From positions 9,832 through 73,831 of the forward strand of contig CALKKV010000009.1 in NCBI GenBank assembly GCA_937992195.1: a stretch of 64,000 nt of DNA, read 5' to 3'. Below are positions 54,396-61,780 of this stretch, piece after piece. The translations under genes and the position numbers were made by a program. The notes beneath the pieces were generated by a model. That model was not told the DNA's origin, searched no databases, and saw only the letters and a program-made list of their open reading frames with translations. Every line of letters starts with the position of its first letter. The stretch's first letter is position 1. This stretch comes from an uncultured Gammaproteobacteria bacterium (lineage in GTDB: Bacteria > Pseudomonadota > Gammaproteobacteria > Arenicellales > Poriferihabitantaceae).

Positions 54396-55078
54396 TTTAT
54401 TTTTAACCTAGTAAGTAGTTCAGGTTTCTTTGCCCGGCTTATATTTATTCTGCTATCGTCACTTAGAATCGCTTCGTTGTGATCTATGCTTCTAACTGCA
54501 CCAAGCCTGACAATATTTTTTCGGTGTATTCTCATAAAAGATTGGTGACCCAATAATTCTTCCATCGCATTGAGAGAGGTCGATACGAGATGGGTTTTGC
54601 TGGTGGTGCGAATATTGACATAGTCTCCATCAGCGTCTACCGACAAGATTTCTTTGCAGGAGACTTTCTGAAATTTGTTGTGAACCTTGACAAATATTTC
54701 TTGTTCTTCAAATGCACGCCCTCTGTGTTTGTGGGTTTCCAGCGCTCTGCGTATCGCGGCGTTTAGTCGGTCTTCGTCAATGGGTTTGACTAAGTAGTCG
54801 GTAACTTGATGACTAAATGCTTCAACTGCGAACTCTTCGTGGGCTGTAACGAAGATTACCTGCGAGCCTTGACTAAGGTCCTTAACCAGTTCCATGCCAC
54901 TAGCGCCCGGCATTTCAATATCCAGGAAAACTAAATCAACTTGAAGTTCAGGAATGGATTTCGATGCTTCCAAACCACTAGAAAAGCTGCCCACCAGGTT
55001 CAAAGAAGGCTGTTTGGATATATACATCCCCATTAACTCCAGAAAAATTGAGTCGTCATCAATAACTATGCAATTCAT
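54392..55078 (-). CDS. LytR/AlgR-family response regulator (REC plus LytTR DNA-binding domain)
   Basis: Receiver IVIDDD...DLVFLDIEMPGASG...VTAHEEF. The LytTR segment is ILSVDADGDYVNIRT...FMRIHRKNIV. Confidence 0.9.
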   Translation of the reverse strand: MNCIVIDDDSIFLELMGMYISKQPSLNLVGSFSSGLEASKSIPELQVDLVFLDIEMPGASGMELVKDLSQGSQVIFVTAHEEFAVEAFSHQVTDYLVKPIDEDRLNAAIRRALETHKHRGRAFEEQEIFVKVHNKFQKVSCKEILSVDADGDYVNIRTTSKTHLVSTSLNAMEELLGHQSFMRIHRKNIVRLGAVRSIDHNEAILSDDSRINISRAKKPELLTRLKIN

Positions 55079-55357
55079 GGGAATTCAAAAAAGAGATAGT
55101 TATGCATTGCATTGCATTGCTTCGGCAAACGCCGGGTTTGCGCGTGCTGAAAAGATTCGCTTTTAGTTTTCGAGCAGCAATCATACAAGCTTTGCCGTAG
55201 ATGTGTGGAGCTCCAGGTCCTGGAAGCTTATTACACGAAGTTAAATATGGGCTGAATGCAGAGGCTACTTTTACTGTTTTACAGATTTAACTGCAGCTCA
55301 GCGACAAATTTCGACCCTTGACAGAAAAAATTTGAATGTCTGTGGTTGGTCTTTTTT

Positions 55358-55391
55358 AATTGGTCGAGATATGCAGGATTATCGACCAATT
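55358..55391. promoter_or_regulatory. Perfect 10-bp inverted repeat (AATTGGTCGA-N14-TCGACCAATT), candidate operator
   Basis: Read directly. It lies 58 nt upstream of the ATG at 55449, within the 370-bp divergent intergenic region shared with the LytTR regulator operon. Confidence 0.4.
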
Positions 55392-55448
55392 TCGATCGCC
55401 TCTGCCCAGGCGAAGCTAAAATACTATTATAGGTAAAAGGCGTTAGAG

Positions 55449-55976
55449 ATGTTAACTCAAACTGCAAAAATAACTGATTTCCCGCTCGAAACAGTCGCGT
55501 CAAGGGGTGCAACAGATGTTACCGCGGAGATTATTTCTCTACATTGGGTTGATGAAGGTCTACCCGACAGAATTCGAGCAAACTTTAGGTCCGTCCAAGA
55601 AACGGAGACCAAGCTGCTGACCCATTTAGAAGATCGATGGGATGATAAAACCGAAGCGCTTTTTAAATCGTTTAATACCGCTGTTCTTAACCACTTGAAG
55701 TTTATTAGCGTGCATATGTATGTGCCTCTAAAGCAGCGCCTTCGACACGATTCAAGTGGTGGTTTTGCAAAATTCCAGGAGTTCGAAATTAAAGCGAGTA
55801 AATCGTATGTCGCGATGACCGCTTCGTTGCGCAAGTACTACAGAAAAAATCAGTTTTTTAACACCGAGTTCGTTACGGATATGAAAGCGGACGTTAAGGG
55901 TGTGGTTTGGGAAATGTCGCAGCAACTAAACCGCGAACGCGCCTATCTTTTTCCAAGATATTTATCGGATAGGTGA
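55449..55976 (+). CDS. Hypothetical protein (175 aa, cytoplasmic, helical)
   Basis: Clean ORF with an ATG start. No motif recognised. Its antisense ORF (55457..55834) is weaker. Confidence 0.55.
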   Translation: MLTQTAKITDFPLETVASRGATDVTAEIISLHWVDEGLPDRIRANFRSVQETETKLLTHLEDRWDDKTEALFKSFNTAVLNHLKFISVHMYVPLKQRLRHDSSGGFAKFQEFEIKASKSYVAMTASLRKYYRKNQFFNTEFVTDMKADVKGVVWEMSQQLNRERAYLFPRYLSDR

Positions 55977-56120
55977 TTTCGTAGACAACATAATGGATTA
56001 AGAAGGACCGGGGTCCCTCACTACCCTATAACCATGGATGGTAAAGGGATTTTTAGTACTTATAAATTTGCTTAAGTTTGCAGTCAGTGCGACTAATAAG
56101 CTTCAAGTTTGTATTCGAAT

Positions 56121-56969
56121 CTACTTTGGCACCGCATCGAAAATCATATTGTCCGTATTCAGGGCTACAAAGTGTCGGCTTTTTGCCCTGGCAATCAACG
56201 TTACCCCTAGCTCCTGCGCCAGTTCAAACCCCATATGTGTTGTGCCATTGCGCGAGACCAAGACAGGAATTCCCATTAATGCCGCCTTCATGACAATTTC
56301 AGAGGTCAGGCGACCGGTGGTGTAAAAAATCTTGTCGTTGCCGCCGATGTCGTTGAGCCACATTTCGCCGGAAATAGAATCCATAGCATTGTGTCGGCCA
56401 ACATCCTCAACGAATGTTAATACTTCACCATCTTTACAGAGTCCGCAACCATGCACTGAGCCTGCTGCGCGATAGGTGCGGTTGTAGTCTTTGATCTTTC
56501 CTAATACCGCGTAAACGTCTGACTGTCTGATCGTGATATCGGGTAATCGATGGTCGTAAAGCTTGTCCAAAGTGCAGCTTAGAATCGTGCCTTGTCCACA
56601 TCCAGTTGTTACCGTGCGTTTGCTTGTATCTACCCCGGTGATACCTTCACCGCTCACGGTCTCTACTTCTGCAAGCTCCCGATCCCAGTCGACCGCAATC
56701 GATTTGATTTCATCGGGAGAGTTGAACAAGGTTTGGTTGCGCAGATATCCGAGAACCAATAATTCCGGTTTTGCCCCAAGTGTCATCAATGTAACCAGCT
56801 CTTGGCCGTCAACTTTAATTGTCAGTGGTACCTCGCCAACAATATTAATCTCGCTATTGTTGCCGTATTGGTCTAACGCCTCAACGATATGTATAGACTC
56901 CAACCCGTTATTCGTCATTTGTGGTTGCGATCTAGGGTTGGTGTGTGGCAGCGGTGTGACAGTTCCCAT
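56121..56969 (-). CDS. fdhD: Formate dehydrogenase accessory sulfurtransferase FdhD
   Basis: TTGCGQGT (active Cys loop), EDVGRHNAMD and YTTGRLTSE(I)VMKAA are FdhD signatures. Confidence 0.9.
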   Translation of the reverse strand: MGTVTPLPHTNPRSQPQMTNNGLESIHIVEALDQYGNNSEINIVGEVPLTIKVDGQELVTLMTLGAKPELLVLGYLRNQTLFNSPDEIKSIAVDWDRELAEVETVSGEGITGVDTSKRTVTTGCGQGTILSCTLDKLYDHRLPDITIRQSDVYAVLGKIKDYNRTYRAAGSVHGCGLCKDGEVLTFVEDVGRHNAMDSISGEMWLNDIGGNDKIFYTTGRLTSEIVMKAALMGIPVLVSRNGTTHMGFELAQELGVTLIARAKSRHFVALNTDNMIFDAVPK

Positions 56970-57107
56970 GGGTTTTGCAGGATTCGGTTAATACTATTTT
57001 GCAATCTTAACCAAGAATAAGCCGACTTGATATGTTTCAAGCTGTTGTATTTAACAAGCTACTGCCTCTATCCTTGCAACTTAACAAATTCACTCCTGAA
57101 ACCAGCT

Positions 57108-57323
57108 ATGAATGAAGAAGCGCTGAATATGCAGATTCGCAAGTTTCTGAAGAAAACCGGGATTACCTCTCAAAGAAGCATTGAGCAAGCTGTTCGAGAT
57201 GGCTTGCAGGATGGTTCCATTCAGCTTGGCGATTCTGTAGAAGCAACGATGCACCTGTCTATCAGGAAGCTCGGCTTGGATGTTGATATCGTCGAGAATT
57301 TGCAAATAGAGGCGGAAAGTTAG
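57108..57323 (+). CDS. Small conserved hypothetical protein (71 aa) heading the fdh accessory operon
   Basis: MNEEALNMQIRKFLKKTGITSQRSIEQAVRD. From memory this resembles a small DUF family (DUF6494-like) found in such loci; not verified. The ATG at 57108 is preferred to the ORF-track start 57027. Confidence 0.55.
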   Translation: MNEEALNMQIRKFLKKTGITSQRSIEQAVRDGLQDGSIQLGDSVEATMHLSIRKLGLDVDIVENLQIEAES

Positions 57324-57325
57324 AA

Positions 57326-57931
57326 TTGGATACGCAACCACTTCCAGAGTCATCCGATTCAGTTAAGATAATTGAAACCGAATCGCGCATCAAAATACCT
57401 GTTGCAGTAGTTTTGCAGCGCAAGATTGATGCGTCAAAGAAATGGGTTTATCCCAGCTGGAGCGTTGCAGCCATCATGGCGGGAGAAAATATTCAGCAAA
57501 AAAAACAGGAGCTGGCGCCCGATGAGATTGAAGATACCATGCGAAGTTTTCACGATGGCTTATCGCTTGAACTATTCAAAGACGGTAGTGAGGGGTATTG
57601 GTATAACCTGTTGTCTGATGAGCCGTATCTTTTTGTGATTTGTGAGGGCGAGCAAGGGGCGATGCAGATTGAGCCTATGCTGGTCACCGCGAATCAAGAT
57701 GAGGCAACCGGACATTTAGAGTCAGATGATATTGTGTTGTCGATAAAGATGCCCGACGAGATACGAGACTTGCTCGAGCGCTATGTCGTTGATCATTACC
57801 AGCCCGTGGTTAAGAAAAAGCGAAAGCGCCGAGATTGGCTTGAAGACTCTCTCTATGCAAACCAAGAACAAGGTTCGGATCAAGTCAACTCTTCTGTAAA
57901 CGAAAAAACAAAAGCGGGTAATTCAGCGTGA
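57326..57931 (+). CDS. DUF3305-like protein
   Basis: The pattern IPVAVVLQRKIDASKKWVYPSWSVAAIMAG and its position next to a DUF3306-like gene and an Fe-S protein fit the DUF3305 family as I recall it. TTG start 3 nt after the preceding stop. Confidence 0.65.
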   Translation: MDTQPLPESSDSVKIIETESRIKIPVAVVLQRKIDASKKWVYPSWSVAAIMAGENIQQKKQELAPDEIEDTMRSFHDGLSLELFKDGSEGYWYNLLSDEPYLFVICEGEQGAMQIEPMLVTANQDEATGHLESDDIVLSIKMPDEIRDLLERYVVDHYQPVVKKKRKRRDWLEDSLYANQEQGSDQVNSSVNEKTKAGNSA

Positions 57932-58656
57932 GTACAAAAGATCGCCTGGGTGATGAAGACGAAAATGAGAGTTTTGCTTCTCGATGGTCGCGTAAGAAAA
58001 GAGCGGAGAGCGTGCCTTCAGCTGTGGATCAAGTGGAGCCTGAAGCCGCTTCGATTCCTTTAAATACTGTATTGCCTGCAGAATCTACCGGTCGTATGAC
58101 GACTGCAGTTGAAGCCGATCGACTAAAAGCCGAGCAAGAGGAGTCTGATACCCCGAATGTTGTATTGACCGATGCGGATATGCCAGACGTCGAAACGCTG
58201 GGCGAGGGCAGTGATTACAAAGGATTTATGTCGCCCGGTGTCAGCGATAAATTGCGCAAAATTGCGCTTAGGAAACTATTTGCCGGAGCAGGATTCAATA
58301 TTCGTGATGGTCTTGATGATTACGATGAAGACTTTACCAATTTTGAGCCTCTTGGCGATATCGTAACGTGTGACATGAAGCACCGGGCAGAGGTTGAAGA
58401 AGAAAAACGACTGAAAGCACTAGCAGAAGCAGAGGCTGCCGAGAAAGAGGCGGAAGAAAAAGCGCTCGCAGAAAGTAAATCTGATTCAGATAATGAAGAC
58501 GGCAGCGAAGAGATAGCCAGTGATGACAAACTGGTGAGCAATGATGATGAACAAAGACGAATAGAAGATACTGAAGAGGCGGATCAAATCGATCAAGAAA
58601 TTGCGGAGTCCGGCACAGAAGATTCCTTAGGAAAAACGCCTTCCTCTTCGTCTTGA
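57928..58656 (+). CDS. DUF3306-like protein (acidic, coiled-coil C-terminal half)
   Basis: The N-terminal FASRWSRKKRAE motif is recalled as the DUF3306 hallmark. The GTG start overlaps the upstream stop (GTGA). Confidence 0.65.
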   Translation: MSTKDRLGDEDENESFASRWSRKKRAESVPSAVDQVEPEAASIPLNTVLPAESTGRMTTAVEADRLKAEQEESDTPNVVLTDADMPDVETLGEGSDYKGFMSPGVSDKLRKIALRKLFAGAGFNIRDGLDDYDEDFTNFEPLGDIVTCDMKHRAEVEEEKRLKALAEAEAAEKEAEEKALAESKSDSDNEDGSEEIASDDKLVSNDDEQRRIEDTEEADQIDQEIAESGTEDSLGKTPSSSS

Positions 58657-58725
58657 AACTTAATATTTGCATCAGGAGTCGCTTGGTTTAACCACGACAA
58701 TCACTAGTTTATTTTTAATTACCCT

Positions 58726-60351
58726 ATGTCCAGCTATTTTGAAACAGTTATTTTGCCGCTAAAGGCGCAATCAGAAGCAGGCAAATCGCGAGAGCAAGTT
58801 TTAACGATATTGCCATGGGCGCCCACGCCAACTACCAATGTCTCCTACACCGCTTCTAACCGGGTGTTGATTATTGGGGCAGGTGCGGATGTCGAGTTTG
58901 CAAAAGTGGGCATCAATGCACCCCTTGAAACCTTTGTGTTTGACCCGGATGACAAGCGCTACAGCGGCGCAAAACTAACCGGTTATCTCGGTCGTTATGC
59001 GTTACATGTTGTGACAGCCGACCAAGACCATTCTGATAGTGGCAATGTGGGCAAAGCAATGGGAGTGGCAAACGGCTTCTTCGATCAGGTGTTGGATCTC
59101 TGCGAAACACCCATGATTGAAGCGGCAATCAAGCCGCCCGGGTACTACTATGCGAGCGGCAGTCGGGTTCGTCTGGAGGAGGCGTTAACAGAAATACCCG
59201 AGCTAATTGGAGAGTTTGAAAAACCCAAGTTTTTTGACTACAACCCGGATATTTGCGCCCATGGCAGAAGCGGCCAAAAAGGCTGTCGGCGGTGTATTGA
59301 CGCATGCCCAACTGAAGCGATTATTTCGATTGGAGAGCAGATAGAAGTTGATCCTTATCTCTGCCAGGGAGGTGGAAGCTGCACCGCGAGCTGTCCTTCA
59401 GGCGCGATTAGTTATCTGTATCCCAAGGCGCAAGAGCAGATTGAATTTCTAAGGCAAATGATCAGGGATATGCGCCAGCAAAGAGAAAGCCGCGGTGTTT
59501 CTCTCTTTATATATGATACCGAGAACAGTTCAGATCTGCTTCAGAACCTGGAAGCATTACCGGAGCACTTTCTACCGTTACAGGTGGAAGAGATTGGATC
59601 CGTTGGATTGGATTTGTTGGCCTCTGCACTTGCTTATGGTGCAAATCGAATTGTTCTATTGGTGCCGGAATCTGTAAGCGGGCAGGTAAAAAACAGCGTG
59701 CTCCGAGACCTAACCTTGCTGCAAGGCGTATTGAGTGATCTATCTTTATCTGATTACCGAATAGAGCAAATAACAGAACCCGGGTTGATACTGAATGAGG
59801 TCGAGACTGAGCAAAAATTTGACAGGGTAGCGACCTACGCAGGTATTGGAGACAAGCGAAGCCTCATTCGCAATGCGTTAGAGTTTTTGCATGAGCTGTC
59901 CGCAGAAAAACTGGATACTGTTGCGCTGCCTTCAGGAAGTATTTTTGGGGAGGTAGCTCTAAATCAAGATGCCTGCACTTTATGTATGGGGTGCGTTTCT
60001 GTTTGCCCCGGTAAGGCACTGGAAGCGGGTGGAGAATCTCCAGCGCTAAAATTTATCGAAGCAAATTGTTTGCAATGCGGGCTATGTGAGCGTGCATGCC
60101 CCGAGAACGCGTTGACGTTAAAACCACGGTTTCTATTTGATGCCATTGTGGCCAAGCGCCCTAAAATGCTGAAGGAAGAGGAGCCATTTCGCTGTGTCAG
60201 CTGCAATAAGCCATTTGCAACCCATGCGATGATAGATCGGATGACGCAAAAGCTGACGGGACACTGGATGTTTGAAAAGCCCGAAGCACTGAATCGTTTG
60301 CGTATGTGTGAGAACTGCCGCGTTGCCGATATGTTTAATGAAGGTGCCTAG
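58726..60351 (+). CDS. Large 4Fe-4S dicluster domain protein (541 aa)
   Basis: Four ferredoxin-type motifs (CRRCIDACP, CQGGGSCTASCP, CTLCMGCVSVCP, CLQCGLCERACP) plus a C-terminal CVSC...CENC pair. Confidence 0.85.
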   Translation: MSSYFETVILPLKAQSEAGKSREQVLTILPWAPTPTTNVSYTASNRVLIIGAGADVEFAKVGINAPLETFVFDPDDKRYSGAKLTGYLGRYALHVVTADQDHSDSGNVGKAMGVANGFFDQVLDLCETPMIEAAIKPPGYYYASGSRVRLEEALTEIPELIGEFEKPKFFDYNPDICAHGRSGQKGCRRCIDACPTEAIISIGEQIEVDPYLCQGGGSCTASCPSGAISYLYPKAQEQIEFLRQMIRDMRQQRESRGVSLFIYDTENSSDLLQNLEALPEHFLPLQVEEIGSVGLDLLASALAYGANRIVLLVPESVSGQVKNSVLRDLTLLQGVLSDLSLSDYRIEQITEPGLILNEVETEQKFDRVATYAGIGDKRSLIRNALEFLHELSAEKLDTVALPSGSIFGEVALNQDACTLCMGCVSVCPGKALEAGGESPALKFIEANCLQCGLCERACPENALTLKPRFLFDAIVAKRPKMLKEEEPFRCVSCNKPFATHAMIDRMTQKLTGHWMFEKPEALNRLRMCENCRVADMFNEGA

Positions 60352-60671
60352 CAGTTTGGTATGCGATATATGGCAATATGCAATAGAAATAATTTTCTAT
60401 AATAAGCGGATAATTGAGATAATTTTTCCCTTGGACGCCGATTGCGGTAGGGCTGCTTTGTCTGGTTGTTATTAACTAGCTGATTTTTAAATATAAAAAT
60501 ACTTCATAGCCGTTTTGGTTAGGTGCAGAAATATTTTTGAGAGGTTTTCGATCCTGTAGTGCCCAACTTGAATCAATGTCTCGGTGTGGTTAAAGTCTAG
60601 GTATCAATTATAAATGCGCCGGGTAGCTAAAACTTTAAGTCGCTCGTAAGCAAAAAAAGCCGAACCGAAAA

Positions 60672-61373
60672 ATGGTTTGGCAGAACTTCACCCTGGAGTC
60701 CGAAGTGCAGGAAACGGTATCACCGACAGCTGAAGACCAAAGTCTGACGCAAGGTGAACAAATGCAGTCATTGATGCGTGACGAAGATCAAGCAAGGTCT
60801 GGCACGTACTCTATCCTTGCGTCTCTCTTTAGCGATGTTCCTAGTCAAGATTTAATCGACTACTTGCGACACATCGAAACCCCGGAAAACAACACTAGCA
60901 ACGACGAAAGCCTTGGCGAAATGGGTGATGCTTGGCAGCGTGTTAAATCCGCTGCTGACAAAGTGAGTCTCTCTGATCTTGACGACGAATACCATGCACT
61001 CTTTGTTGGCTTGGGTCGTGGGGAGATCGTGCCCTATGCCTCCTGGCATTTGACAGGATTCCTGATGGACAAACCGCTGGGAGAATTGCGCGCTGACCTG
61101 CGATCGCTTGGTTTTGAAGCTGATCCTGACAGAAAAGAACCGGAAGATCATATTGCAGCGATATGCGAGACCATGTCGATTCTGATAACCGCAGATGATA
61201 TTGAAAGCTATCAACAACGCCGATTTTACCTGCAGCACATCCACTCATGGGCAGGGAAGTTTTTTAGTGAATTGCAAAAAGCGAAGAACGCAGACTTTTA
61301 TCAGTCTGTGGGCTACTTGGGGCAAAAGTTTATTGAACTTGAAAGTCAATATTTGAATATTCAAGATCATTGA
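60672..61373 (+). CDS. TorD/DmsD-family redox-enzyme maturation chaperone
   Basis: YSILASLFSDVPSQDLI...EYHALFVG...VPYASWH...PEDHIAAICETM are TorD-family blocks. The start is uncertain (60672 or the downstream Met at MQSLM). Confidence 0.8.
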   Translation: MVWQNFTLESEVQETVSPTAEDQSLTQGEQMQSLMRDEDQARSGTYSILASLFSDVPSQDLIDYLRHIETPENNTSNDESLGEMGDAWQRVKSAADKVSLSDLDDEYHALFVGLGRGEIVPYASWHLTGFLMDKPLGELRADLRSLGFEADPDRKEPEDHIAAICETMSILITADDIESYQQRRFYLQHIHSWAGKFFSELQKAKNADFYQSVGYLGQKFIELESQYLNIQDH

Positions 61374-61476
61374 AATTAGGTTAGACGAAGATATTTATAC
61401 GAAAATTACGGCGCAAGCAGAAATAAGTTTGAGACCAAAATATTTAAACAAATTGAATACCAGAAAAGAGGTAGGA

Positions 61477-61692
61477 ATGATGAAAGACACCAAGGCAAAA
61501 ACAAAACAGGAAATAACCGCGCGCAGAGAGTTTCTCAAAGGCGCTGCTGTGGCCTCAGCTGCTGCTGGAGCGGGAGTGCTTGCGACCAATGCAGTGGCGG
61601 ATGAAACAACGCCAGAGAGTGTTGAATCACGGCAGCTTGGGTATCAAGAGACCGAGCACGTGCGTGCTTACTATCGACTGGCCAGGTTCTAA
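61477..61692 (+). CDS. Small twin-arginine-signal protein ('formate dehydrogenase region TAT target', FdhX-like)
   Basis: MMKDTKAKTKQEITARREFLKGAAVASAAAGAGVLATNAVA. This is a TAT signal followed by only about 30 further residues. An SD-like aaagaggtagg precedes the ATG at 61477. Confidence 0.75.
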   Translation: MMKDTKAKTKQEITARREFLKGAAVASAAAGAGVLATNAVADETTPESVESRQLGYQETEHVRAYYRLARF

Positions 61693-61780
61693 GTTAAACG
61701 AATCGAATACATCGAAAGAAATTTAAATATTTAATTATTGAAACACTGATGAACCTCCAACATGGTTCAGGAGATACAGA

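Noticed and set aside
55279-55834. Track ORFs 55279..55512 (-) and 55457..55834 (-)
   Set aside because: They lie in the divergent control region or antisense to the 175-aa + strand ORF. They have no SD sequences and no motifs, and the + strand ORF has the more protein-like composition.
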